The translations under genes and the position numbers were made by a program. 64,000 nt of DNA, taken from contig JAGNKU010000001.1 in assembly GCA_017999985.1 (NCBI GenBank), positions 237,276-301,275 on the forward strand, in the 5' to 3' direction. Source of the stretch: Phycisphaerae bacterium. GTDB lineage: Bacteria; Planctomycetota; Phycisphaerae; UBA1845; Fen-1342. Under the pieces are notes generated by a model, which was not told the DNA's origin, did no database searches, and saw only the letters and a list, made by a program, of their open reading frames with translations. Positions 17,294 through 26,376 of the stretch are shown here, one piece after another (position 1 is the first letter of the stretch; each line of letters opens with the position of its first letter).

Positions 17294-19486
17294 CTACGGT
17301 TGTTTGGCCGCCGCGACGAACTCGCGCGGCCACGGCAGGTTCGCCGCCAGCTTCACGCGCACCAGCAGCAGCGCCGTCTCGAGCTGCGGATCGACCTTCG
17401 GCGCTTCGTTCGGATCCGCTTCGAGCTGCTTGATGTCATCCTCGCTCAGCAGCGGCGGGTCCTCGTTTTGCGATTTCTCATCGGCCTTCAGCGCGTCGAG
17501 CACGCGCGCCCGTTCGTCCTCGCTGAGCGCCTTGTTCTCGCCGGAACTCTGTTCGTTATGAATGATGTAGGTCTCGCGCTCGCGCTCGATGACCCGCCGC
17601 AGCTCCTTGGGCGTCAGCTTCAGCTCCCAGTCGGGCTCGACGCCCCACTGCTCGGCCTTCGGCGCCTTGTGCGGACTGCGCCCGCTGGGCAGATAGTACA
17701 GGGCCGTCGTCAGCTTCAGCTTCGCATCGTCGTTCAGCGGCCGCACGTGCTGCACGCTGCCTTTGCCGAACGTCCGCTCACCCAGGATGAGCGCGCGGTG
17801 ATGGTCCTGCAGCGCACCAGCCAGAATCTCGGAGGCGCTCGCGCTGCTGTCGTTCGCCAGCACAACCAGCGGCAGATCCTTGTACGCCGCGGCCCCGCCG
17901 ACGCGCTCGCGCTGATCCGACTCCACCCGCCCGCGCGTCGAGACGACTTCGCCTTCCGGCAGGAACGTGCTCACGATGTCGATCGCGACATCCAGCAGCC
18001 CGCCCGGGTTGTAGCGCACGTCCAGCACCAGGCCCTTCATGCCCTGGGCCCTGGCCGCGTCCAGCGCCTCGCGCAGCTCATCGGCCGAATCCGGGTGAAA
18101 ACCGGTCAGCCGGATGTAGGCCACGCCGGCGTCCTTGTCCAACATGTAGTTCCACGCCTTCGCGTCGCCGGGCACGCGTTCCAGGCCCCGCACCGTCGGC
18201 AGGACAATCCGGCGGCGCGACAGCTTGAAGGGAATCGTCTCGCCTGTGCTGGGCCGCTGAATCGTCAGCACGACCTCGGTGCCGGCCGGCCCCATGATGT
18301 TACGGACGGCGTCGTCGGTGTCCCAGCCGGACGTGCTCTGGTCATCGACGGCGATGATCAGGTCGTCGGGGTGCACACCCGCCTCGAGCGCCGGCGAGTT
18401 TTCCAGAGGCGTGACCACCTTGAGGCGGTTCGTGCGCTCATCCATGCCGAGCTGGATGCCGACGCCCTCGAAGCCGCCCATCATCATCTTCTCGAAATCG
18501 ACCGCGTCGGCCGGCCAGATCATGCCGGTGTAGTCGTCCAGTTTTCCGATCGCGCCCTCCAGGAACTCGACCACCAGCAGGCTCTCGGGGATCTCGATGC
18601 TCTCGCGATTCAGATCGTTCACCTGGTTGAACAGCCGCAGCAGGTCCTTCTGGCCGTAGCTCTTCTCCGCCTGGACCTCCTTGCGCAGCTCACCCAGCCG
18701 CTTGACGAAATGCTCGCGCAGCGTCGGGTTGCCGAGGCCGTCCATGTACTCGCGCAGCTTGGTCACGCTGGCGAGCGTCACCAGGTTGTCCAAGGCCCCG
18801 GTCGCGAGTTCCCTGAAGTCCGGCTCGCGGTAGTACAGGTGATCGATCAGCTTGACGGCCGAGCGCAGCAGACCCTTGTCGACGCGCCGGATCCGCTCCT
18901 GCAGGGACTTCTGGTCCTTGTAGGCCAGCTCGATCCGCGCATGCCGCACGGCGTTCTCGCTCGCCGCGCGCAACTCCTCGTCCTTGGGGTGAATGCGGGT
19001 CAGCAGCAGGTAGTAATTCAGGGCGTCCTTCCAGTGATCTTCCTGCTCGAGCTGCCGGGCCGTCTCGGTGGCGCTCTTGGTCAGCTCGACGACCCACGGC
19101 AGGCTCGTCAGATTGTCGCCCTCGGGGGCGTAGGGCACCGCCTGCGCGACAAAGTTCAGCGCCACAAACGGCTTCGCGTCCGCCAGCGCCTTCTGCGCCT
19201 GCTCGATGTTCCACTCGAACGTCTTGGCCTTCAGCTCCTTGCGGGAGGCGACGACCTTGTGGTAGTCCTCCAGCCAGTTCTGCACACGTCCGGCAGCCGC
19301 ATCGTGCTCGGTGGTCGCCAGCCGCTCGATCGTCGCCCGGCCGGCGTCGTAGTCGCCGCGGAGGATGGCGGCGTAGGCCGTCGCGAGCGTTTCGTCCCCG
19401 GCCACGGCCCAAACCGGCGCCAGCAGGAGCCCGACGAGCAAGGCCAGACGCGCGTAACGTGCTGCCATGTACACACTTCCTTTCAA
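17294..19486 (-). CDS. C-terminal processing peptidase (S41 family, tail-specific protease) with PDZ domain
   Basis: Signal peptide, PDZ region (GVGIQLGMDERTNRLKVVTPLENSPALEAGVHPDDLIIAVD), and S41 catalytic region (GLVLDVRYNPGGLL ... SASASEILAGALQDHHRALILGERTFGKGSVQ). Confidence 0.9.
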   Translation of the reverse strand: MKGSVYMAARYARLALLVGLLLAPVWAVAGDETLATAYAAILRGDYDAGRATIERLATTEHDAAAGRVQNWLEDYHKVVASRKELKAKTFEWNIEQAQKALADAKPFVALNFVAQAVPYAPEGDNLTSLPWVVELTKSATETARQLEQEDHWKDALNYYLLLTRIHPKDEELRAASENAVRHARIELAYKDQKSLQERIRRVDKGLLRSAVKLIDHLYYREPDFRELATGALDNLVTLASVTKLREYMDGLGNPTLREHFVKRLGELRKEVQAEKSYGQKDLLRLFNQVNDLNRESIEIPESLLVVEFLEGAIGKLDDYTGMIWPADAVDFEKMMMGGFEGVGIQLGMDERTNRLKVVTPLENSPALEAGVHPDDLIIAVDDQSTSGWDTDDAVRNIMGPAGTEVVLTIQRPSTGETIPFKLSRRRIVLPTVRGLERVPGDAKAWNYMLDKDAGVAYIRLTGFHPDSADELREALDAARAQGMKGLVLDVRYNPGGLLDVAIDIVSTFLPEGEVVSTRGRVESDQRERVGGAAAYKDLPLVVLANDSSASASEILAGALQDHHRALILGERTFGKGSVQHVRPLNDDAKLKLTTALYYLPSGRSPHKAPKAEQWGVEPDWELKLTPKELRRVIERERETYIIHNEQSSGENKALSEDERARVLDALKADEKSQNEDPPLLSEDDIKQLEADPNEAPKVDPQLETALLLVRVKLAANLPWPREFVAAAKQP

Positions 19487-19790
19487 AACGACGCGGCCCG
19501 CAGGCCGCCCGTGTGCCGCTCAGCATGGGTAAAGCGCTGCTCCACCCACCTTGTACGTATTATACGACCGTGCGGATTCGCCGCCCACGTCGCAACTTTC
19601 TCATCGGCCGGCCGCAGACAAGTTCCCACAAAAAGCACGGCCGCGGTATTGTCTGCCCTCCAGCCCGCCTCCGCCCCGGAAAAACGCCCGGACCGCGACG
19701 GGCCCCGGCCTGAGAAGGCGGTTCGAGTCGCTGCCACCCGCGCGGGCCGCGCGCGGAAAATCGCGCAGGTCCCCTTTTGCGGGACCGAAA

Positions 19791-20366
19791 ATGCGGCATG
19801 ATGCCGGCATGGCAACGGCACGTCCGAACCCGTCCGGCGACGCAGAGCTCGTGCTCGGGATCGACCCCGGGCTGCAGCGCACCGGCTATGCGGTGCTTGC
19901 GCCCGCACCGACGCCGCGCGAGGGACACCTCGTCGAGGCCGGCGTCATCCGGCTGCGGCGCGAGCACGCACTCACCGCGCGATTGATCGAACTGGAAGAC
20001 GCACTGACCACGCTGCTGTCGCGCCATCATCCGCAGGCGCTGGCGTGCGAGGAGCTCTACGCGCACTACAAACACCCGCGGACGGCGATCCTGATGGCCC
20101 ATGCGCGCGGCGTCATCCTGGCCTGCGCCGCCCGCCACGGATTGCAGATCATCTCCATCGCCGCCACGAACGTGAAAAAGCTGCTGACGGGCAACGGCCA
20201 CGCGGGCAAACGCCAGGTGCAGCTCGCTGTCGCGGCGACGCTGCACCTGCCCGCGATTCCCGAGCCGAGCGACGTGGCCGACGCCATCGCGATCGCGCTG
20301 GCCGGCGCGCGGCTGCGCTGTGCCGCGTCCGTCGTGGCCAAAGCGACGAGGAGGGCCCGCGCGTGA
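19791..20366 (+). CDS. ruvC: Crossover junction endodeoxyribonuclease RuvC
   Basis: LVLGIDPGLQRTGYAVL (catalytic Asp), ALACEELYAHYKHPRTAILMAHARGVI and SDVADAIAIAL. The start is ATG at M81 of track ORF 19551..20366; the alternative ATG at 19809 is also possible. Confidence 0.9.
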   Translation: MRHDAGMATARPNPSGDAELVLGIDPGLQRTGYAVLAPAPTPREGHLVEAGVIRLRREHALTARLIELEDALTTLLSRHHPQALACEELYAHYKHPRTAILMAHARGVILACAARHGLQIISIAATNVKKLLTGNGHAGKRQVQLAVAATLHLPAIPEPSDVADAIAIALAGARLRCAASVVAKATRRARA

Positions 20367-20983
20367 TCTGCCGGCTGACCGGACGACTGGTGAGCGTGTC
20401 GGAAGAGACTGCTGTCATCGACCTCGGCGGCGTCGGCTACGAAGTCATGGTGCCCGCGGCGACAATCGGCGAACTCCACACCCACATCGGGCAGGACATC
20501 ACGCTCTTCACGGTGCAGTACTTCGAGGGCAATCCGGCGGGGGCGCACCTGATCCCGCGGCTGGTCGGGTTCGTCACCGAGGCGGACCGCGATTTCTTCC
20601 GCCTGTTCACGAAGGTAAAGGGCATCAGCAGTCGGCGGGCGCTGCGGGCGATGAGCGTGCCGGCGCATCAACTCGCCGCCGCGATCGAGCACGGCGATAC
20701 GCGCCTGCTGACGACATTGCCGGAGATCGGCAAGAAGATGGCCAGCCAGATTCTGGCCGAAATGCAGGGTCATTGTCAGGCATTCCTGATACCCGAGGCC
20801 GTGCCGCCGCCGATCGCCGAGCTGACCGACGCGCAGCGGATCGCGCTCGACATTCTCGTGCAATGGGGCGATCGCCGGGCGGATGCGCAGCGCTGGATCG
20901 CGGCGGCGGTGGAAGCCGACCCGAGCCTGAAGGTGCCCGAGGACATCGTCCGGGCGGCGTATCGCGCGAAGCAGGCGCTGTAG
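20363..20983 (+). CDS. ruvA: Holliday junction branch-migration protein RuvA
   Basis: VICRLTGRLVSVSEETAVIDLGGVGYEVMVP, the helix-hairpin-helix region LPEIGKKMASQILAEM, and a C-terminal RuvB-binding domain. A GTG start overlaps the ruvC stop (GTGA). Confidence 0.9.
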   Translation: MICRLTGRLVSVSEETAVIDLGGVGYEVMVPAATIGELHTHIGQDITLFTVQYFEGNPAGAHLIPRLVGFVTEADRDFFRLFTKVKGISSRRALRAMSVPAHQLAAAIEHGDTRLLTTLPEIGKKMASQILAEMQGHCQAFLIPEAVPPPIAELTDAQRIALDILVQWGDRRADAQRWIAAAVEADPSLKVPEDIVRAAYRAKQAL

Positions 20984-21012
20984 ACGCGGCCTTTGACGCG
21001 GGATGGGAAGCA

Positions 21013-21627
21013 ATGATGGCAAACGGGGTGTGCCCGATCTGTCGGACGGAGATGGCCGCCGGCACGGCGGTGTGCGTGGCGTGCGGCTTCAATGCGATCG
21101 AAGACGCACCGTTGCCGGGCTGGGTGCGAGAGGGCGTGGACCTGCGCACCGTGGCCCGTCGGCAGCGCCTGCTTCTGTGGTTGGTACTGGGGCTGCTCGC
21201 ACTGCAGGTGTTCTTGCGCACGCAGTCGTTTAGTAATCCGCTCATGTTCACCCTTCTCGTGGTAATCCTGTTCGCTACGATGATCGGCGTCGCCGTCACG
21301 GTCGTCACCCTCATGGTCGCGCTCCGGCGACATGTGATTGTCTGCGTGCTGTACACAATCCTGATGTTCGCGCCCTGCGTGAACCTGATTGTTCTGCTGA
21401 TCATCAACCAACAGGCCACCACGGCACTCCGCAAGGCCGGGCTCCGCGTCGGGCTCATGGGCGTAAAAGACGAGCAGGTCGTCCGCCTCTTGGGGCTCTA
21501 CTGCTGCCGCAAGTGCAGCTACAGCCTGATCGGTAACGTCTCCGGCGTCTGCCCGGAATGCGGCACGCCGGTCGGCACGGGCCTACACGGCCCCGGCCCG
21601 ACAGTGCCGGCGCGGCCGGCCCCTTAA
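21013..21627 (+). CDS. Membrane protein with N- and C-terminal zinc ribbons, inserted between ruvA and ruvB
   Basis: MMANGVCPICRTEMAAGTAVCVACGF (CxxC...CxxC), three or four TM helices, and a C-terminus CRKCSYSLIGNVSGVCPECGTPV. The C-terminal motif is shared with the paralog at 22756..23226. Confidence 0.6.
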   Translation: MMANGVCPICRTEMAAGTAVCVACGFNAIEDAPLPGWVREGVDLRTVARRQRLLLWLVLGLLALQVFLRTQSFSNPLMFTLLVVILFATMIGVAVTVVTLMVALRRHVIVCVLYTILMFAPCVNLIVLLIINQQATTALRKAGLRVGLMGVKDEQVVRLLGLYCCRKCSYSLIGNVSGVCPECGTPVGTGLHGPGPTVPARPAP

Positions 21628-21658
21628 CTCGCGGCGAACAACCGGCTACCCTTTGCGC

Positions 21659-22690
21659 ATGGCGATCGAACGCGTCTTCACGCAACCCGGCCCCGACGAA
21701 GAGCGGTTCCTGACCTCCCTCCGCCCGCAGCGCCTCGACGAGTGCGTCGGCCAGGAAGTCGTCCGCGAGCAGCTCCGCATCGCGCTCGACGCCGCCCGCA
21801 AGCGTGGCGAGCCGCTCGATCATGTGCTGCTCGACGGCCCGCCCGGGCTCGGCAAGACCACGCTCGCCCACGTCATCGCCACCGAGATGGGCGCCGCCGT
21901 CCGCGTCACCAGCGGGCCGGCGATCGCCCGCCAGGGCGACCTGATGATGATGCTCACGCAGCTCGACACCGGCGACGTGCTCTTCATCGACGAGGTGCAC
22001 CGGCTCGCGAAGGTCGTCGAGGAATTCCTGTACCCCGCGCTCGAGGACTTCCGCGTCGACTACACGACCGAGAGCGGCATAGGCGGCCGGACGGTGAATT
22101 TCGCGCTGAAGCGCTTCACAATGGTCGGCGCGACGACGCGGGCCGGCATGCTGTCGGCGGCGCTGCGCGACCGGTTCGGCCTGCTGTTCCACCTCCAGTA
22201 CTACACCGAACCAGAGCTGGTCCGCATCGTCGAGCGCAACGCCGCGCTGCTGAAGATCCAGGCCGACCCCGCCGCCCTGGCGCGCCTGGCGTCGCGCTCG
22301 CGCGGCACGCCGCGGATCGTGAATCGCCTGCTGCGGCGAGTGCGGGATTACGCCGATGTCCGCGGCGACGGCACGCTGACGCCGGCGGTCGTGGACATGG
22401 CGCTCGACATTCTGCAGATCGACCGGCTGGGGCTCGACAATCTCGACCGCGCGTACCTGCAATCGCTGATCAAGCACTACGACGGCGGCCCGGCGGGGAT
22501 CGAGGCGATCGCGGCGACGATGGGCCACGAACGCGACACGCTCGAAGACGTGGTCGAGCCGTACCTGCTGCAGATCGGCTTCGTCATCCGCACTCCGCGC
22601 GGCCGAGTCGCCCGCCCGGCGGCGTACGAGCACCTGGGCCTCGCAACGCCGAAGCGGGCCAATAACGAGCCAGGCCTGTTCGACGCGTAA
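21659..22690 (+). CDS. ruvB: Holliday junction DNA helicase RuvB
   Basis: Walker A GPPGLGKTTLA, Walker B LFIDEVHRL, sensor TTRAGMLSAALRDRFG, and a winged-helix C-terminus. Confidence 0.95.
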   Translation: MAIERVFTQPGPDEERFLTSLRPQRLDECVGQEVVREQLRIALDAARKRGEPLDHVLLDGPPGLGKTTLAHVIATEMGAAVRVTSGPAIARQGDLMMMLTQLDTGDVLFIDEVHRLAKVVEEFLYPALEDFRVDYTTESGIGGRTVNFALKRFTMVGATTRAGMLSAALRDRFGLLFHLQYYTEPELVRIVERNAALLKIQADPAALARLASRSRGTPRIVNRLLRRVRDYADVRGDGTLTPAVVDMALDILQIDRLGLDNLDRAYLQSLIKHYDGGPAGIEAIAATMGHERDTLEDVVEPYLLQIGFVIRTPRGRVARPAAYEHLGLATPKRANNEPGLFDA

Positions 22691-22755
22691 GGCATAGGCG
22701 CCGGCTTCACCACGACGGGTGAATCCACGTGAGTCAGCCGTAGTACAATGACACG

Positions 22756-23226
22756 ATGAGAATCTCACGGCGTGGATTCCGCATAGGCGCTTGGGCAACG
22801 AGCCTGCTCGCCGTGCTGCTCTTGGCCGTGTACCCGTTCAGCTATCGCCTTTGGGTCGGCCCGTGGAGCGAGAAAGCAGGCATCGGCTGCATGATTTGCT
22901 GGCGTCAGGCGTGTTGTTACTGGTGGACCACTGGGCACGGCGAAGCGGGCCTCACTTGGTGCTACTTGCAGGCGGTGGAAGGACGACCTTGGCCATCGAT
23001 ATCGATCTGGGCAGAACCACGGGTGGGCTGCGTCTGCGTTCCCCTGTGGATCCCGCCGGTGCTGTCTGCGGGGCTCTCGTGCATCTGCTGGTACCGTAGC
23101 CGCGGTCGCAAGCCCGGCACCTGCCACAATTGCGGGTACGATCTCACCGGCAACATCAGCGGCGTGTGTCCGGAGTGCGGCGGTACGGTCACCAGAGACT
23201 TGACGGCCACGGATAAGCACGGATGA
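22756..23226 (+). CDS. Membrane protein with C-terminal zinc ribbon, paralog of 21013..21627
   Basis: TM helix (WATSLLAVLLLAVYPF), a Cys/Trp-rich middle (CMICWRQACCYWW), and C-terminal CHNCGYDLTGNISGVCPECGGTV, which is nearly identical in pattern to the upstream paralog (CxxCxYxLxGNxSGVCPECG). Confidence 0.6.
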   Translation: MRISRRGFRIGAWATSLLAVLLLAVYPFSYRLWVGPWSEKAGIGCMICWRQACCYWWTTGHGEAGLTWCYLQAVEGRPWPSISIWAEPRVGCVCVPLWIPPVLSAGLSCICWYRSRGRKPGTCHNCGYDLTGNISGVCPECGGTVTRDLTATDKHG

Positions 23227-23597
23227 ACACGGATTCTGAGCCGCCGGATCGGACTACGCGCCGGTTATCGTGGCGCTCGCCCCAGTATCCGGACGTAGAG
23301 CGCGCGAGGGCAGCCTCCGGTCCGAGCTGCGCATGTGGCCACCAGCGCTGTTCGATTCGGGAATCCCCCACCCCTAAAAGCCCGGCCGCAATCGTCAACC
23401 CGCAGCCGCGCGAATACGGGACGCCGTAAGCTGCTACCGCAACTTCTGCATCGCCGGGTCGCGAAAACTTGACCGGGAGCGGGAACGAATTGGATACTCC
23501 CCCTCGGGCCCCTACCCGGGCCCTTGGGTTACGGGACACGATCACTTCCAGGGACGCGCAACTTCCGTTTCGGCGTTTCGCCGATCGGAGCGTTGTC

Positions 23598-23879
23598 ATG
23601 TTCGGCCAGGATTTCTCAGTGGGAGCGGCGGCGGCGGCTGGTGCGGCGCTGACACCCGTGAGCCGTCCGCAGCCGGAGCAGCGGGTCGTGGAGAGCACAG
23701 CGCACGCCCAACTGCGTCAGCGGGACGCGGGCTCCAATTTCGCCCGCGCGCCCTCGGCGCTTGAGCAACTGAGCTCTTCGGCACGGCAGTTCGCCGACGT
23801 CCTCGACGCCACCGGTAGCATCCAGGTGGCGTCCAGCGTCAGCGGCTTCCAAGCCGGCCACCTCGACATGTACGTGTAG
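23598..23879 (+). CDS. Small hypothetical protein (~93 aa)
   Basis: A GGAG RBS 8 nt before the ATG (ggagcgttgtcATG). The product is MFGQDFSVGAAAAAGAALTP...SSVSGFQAGHLDMYV. A TTGACC-N18-GATACT promoter-like element sits at ~23468..23500. I found no recognisable family. Confidence 0.3.
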   Translation: MFGQDFSVGAAAAAGAALTPVSRPQPEQRVVESTAHAQLRQRDAGSNFARAPSALEQLSSSARQFADVLDATGSIQVASSVSGFQAGHLDMYV

Positions 23880-24166
23880 CTCCGGCATGCGCGACGCACG
23901 TCGCCGGCCGAGCGGGGAAGCGCGCGGCGGGCCGCGAGCGGCGGCCCGGTCCGGCGCGCCGTCGCGCGGCGATACGCGCCCGCGACGTGCGGCGGGGGGC
24001 GGACGCCGCGCACCAGCCACGGTGCGCGCCGTCTGAGACCCGGGGGAAATCAAGCGACCGCAACGGCTCAGCAGGACCTTCGCGCGCCCGAAGAGAACCA
24101 CCAAATTACCAAGATAGGTGCGCACTCCCCCGCCGTACCCGCGCGCTCACGTTCCCACGCCGCCAG

Positions 24167-25933
24167 CTATGCGACGCTCAGAATGCGCCGCCGCGCACAG
24201 GCCCGCCGAATCGCCGGAAACACGAAACGCTCCGCGACCACGTCCCACCCCATCTCCTTCGCCAGGCCATGCCCCGCCTGCACCAGTTTGGCCTCATCCT
24301 CCGGCGACTGCGGCAGGCGCTTGAAGACCTGGTCGGCGAGCTGCTCGGCGAGCTTGACCTCGACTTCCCGCCGTTCGTCCGCCTCGATCGCCAGCGAGTC
24401 CTTCACCGTCCGCGGCCGGCGCACCTGGTCGATGTAGTTCGCGAGGATGACGTTCGGCACGCGCTTCGTGCCCATGACTTTCTTCAGGAAACCCGTGCAG
24501 CCGCAGGTCGTGCTCACCAGGCACAACCCGCCGTACGTGAGCGTCTCCAGCGGCGAGATCCCGAACGGCTCGTACAGGCTCAGGCCGAACTCGACGTCGC
24601 TGGCCCGGCGGATGTCGAGGAACTCGAGGTCTTCCGGCACGCGGCGGCCGCCGCGCTCGCGGCCGAAGCCAAACTGGTTGATGTAGATGATCCGGGTGTT
24701 GCGGGCCCGCGCGTTGAAGGCCTGCACCCACTGGTAGTAACGCGCCTCGCCGGGCGAGAGATCGGGCGGCCCTTCGCGATGCGTGAGCGGCCAGTCCCAC
24801 GTCTGCTCCATGTGCAGGACATCCGCCGCCGAGCGCCGCGGCTGGTCGGTGGACAGCACCAGCATCACGGCCCGCTGGCCATGCGCGACGAATTTCTCGT
24901 CGAGCGCCATGAGCACGTCGACGTCGCGCCACATGGCCTTGCTCTGCGCCATGCGCGTCACGTGCGTGAACACGCGGTCGGGCCGCCAGCCGAGCAGGTT
25001 CTCGCAGTACGCCCCGACCCGCGCACGGCTGGCCTGCCGGTCTTCGAGCTTGATCGGCCGCGACGGCACGCCGTTGTACGCCAGCATGATGTCAGCGTCG
25101 TCGAAGTCGCGATTGACGAAGCGCAGTTCATCGACGACGCGGTGCCCGACCGCGAGCAGCCCGTCGCAGTGCCGGGCCGCCTCGACTACCGCGTACTTGT
25201 GGTAGTCGTGCTGCGGGCCGAAGACGTGCTCCAGGTACAGATCGCCGTCCGCCGCCGCCCGCAGCGCGTTGTAGAACATCACGTCGTGCCCGGGGTGGCG
25301 CTCGACGATTCGGCGAACGGGCGCGACCTCGTGGGCATAGAACAGCGTGCGATAGCGCTGCGGGTGCTGGGCCTGCAGCGCCAGCGCCGTGGGCACGCCC
25401 ACGAACTCGTGCGCAAACACCACCGCCGGCGCGTCCTTCGTCCCCAGCCGCAGGGCCTCCGCCGCCGCCACCACCGGCGGGGCCAGCCGCACGTATTGCT
25501 CGTATTCCCAGATGTGCTCGTACGAGTCCGAGCGCAGGCCGAAGTGCTCCCACAACCGCCCCTTCAGCTCGTTCACGCGCGGCATAAGGATGCCGCGCAG
25601 ATCGACGAGGAGCACTTCGCAGACGGTGCGGCGGGCCGACGGCTCATCCTCAAGCGGCCGGCGCCCGTAGACCAGCCGCACGCCGTAGTCGCGCTCGATC
25701 TGGCGAAAGGCCTGCGCGTAGGGCCCGTCCTGGCGCTGATCCAGCGAGGAGTACTCGATGACGCCGCCGGGGCCGAGGCGCTCGGGATTGTCCGGGTAGT
25801 AAAGCGGGCAGACCAGCACGGTGCGGCCCACGCCGTCGCGATAGGGCCGACTGTTGATCAGGCCTTCGAGGACGGTGCCGATGCCCCCGACCTTATGCAC
25901 CGCTTCATGCGAGACGTGGATGGCGTTAAACAC
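24167..25933 (-). CDS. Glycosyltransferase resembling glycogen(starch) synthase of the eukaryote/archaeal type (GT3/GT4 superfamily)
   Basis: The N-terminus FNAIHVSHEAVHKVGGIGTVLEGL parallels the GT3 glycogen-synthase motif (E-x-A-x-K-VGGI-x-TV); a GT-B C-terminal half follows (EPFGISPLE). The long plus-strand ORF 23987..26167 is its antisense. Confidence 0.55.
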   Translation of the reverse strand: MFNAIHVSHEAVHKVGGIGTVLEGLINSRPYRDGVGRTVLVCPLYYPDNPERLGPGGVIEYSSLDQRQDGPYAQAFRQIERDYGVRLVYGRRPLEDEPSARRTVCEVLLVDLRGILMPRVNELKGRLWEHFGLRSDSYEHIWEYEQYVRLAPPVVAAAEALRLGTKDAPAVVFAHEFVGVPTALALQAQHPQRYRTLFYAHEVAPVRRIVERHPGHDVMFYNALRAAADGDLYLEHVFGPQHDYHKYAVVEAARHCDGLLAVGHRVVDELRFVNRDFDDADIMLAYNGVPSRPIKLEDRQASRARVGAYCENLLGWRPDRVFTHVTRMAQSKAMWRDVDVLMALDEKFVAHGQRAVMLVLSTDQPRRSAADVLHMEQTWDWPLTHREGPPDLSPGEARYYQWVQAFNARARNTRIIYINQFGFGRERGGRRVPEDLEFLDIRRASDVEFGLSLYEPFGISPLETLTYGGLCLVSTTCGCTGFLKKVMGTKRVPNVILANYIDQVRRPRTVKDSLAIEADERREVEVKLAEQLADQVFKRLPQSPEDEAKLVQAGHGLAKEMGWDVVAERFVFPAIRRACARRRILSVA

Positions 25934-26076
25934 AGTCCGATACTGCCTGCGGGTACGAGTTCATCCTACCCATCGACGGTTCCGGAAGCGCACTTGATCG
26001 GGCGCGAACAGCACCGGCCGCGCGCGGCCCAGTCGGCACCGCACGCTGGCAGGACCCCGCGCGCCCCGCCGCTGGC

Positions 26077-26355
26077 TCAATTCGCCGATTTCTGCTTCAG
26101 CGCGTTGACGCGCCGAGCCAGCCGGCTCTTGCGGCGGGCGGCGGCATTGCGGTGGAGCGTGCGTTGATTGGCGGCCCGATCGAGGGCCTGCGCGGTCGTG
26201 CGCAGGGCCGCGTCCGCGTCGCCGGGCGTGCCGCGCAGCAGCGTCTCGTTGCACTTGCGCAGCTTGCCGCGCAGGGCGCTGCGCCGCGCGCGGTTCCGCG
26301 CCCGACGGGTGGCGTTCTGTCGAATGCGTTTCTTCGATGAGAGCGAATGAGCCAC
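26077..26355 (-). CDS. rpsT: 30S ribosomal protein S20 (bS20)
   Basis: MAHSLSSKKRIRQNATRRARNRARRSALRGKLRK...LHRNAAARRKSRLARRVNAL. Confidence 0.9.
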   Translation of the reverse strand: MAHSLSSKKRIRQNATRRARNRARRSALRGKLRKCNETLLRGTPGDADAALRTTAQALDRAANQRTLHRNAAARRKSRLARRVNALKQKSAN

Positions 26356-26376
26356 AAGACCTCCTTCAAGCGTCCA

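Noticed and set aside
17300-19801. 833-aa plus-strand ORF
   Set aside because: Antisense of the S41 C-terminal processing peptidase.
23330-23385. tRNA-like T-loop sequence GTTCGATTC
   Set aside because: The flanks do not form a T-stem or an acceptor stem, and there is no matching 5' half. It is not a tRNA.
26005-26030. Perfect 14-nt GC palindrome GGCCGCGCGCGGCC downstream of rpsT
   Set aside because: There is no U-run. All-GC palindromes of this kind occur by chance at this GC content.
23987-26167. 726-aa plus-strand ORF
   Set aside because: Antisense of the glycogen-synthase-like GT gene and rpsT; Arg/His-rich composition with no family signal.
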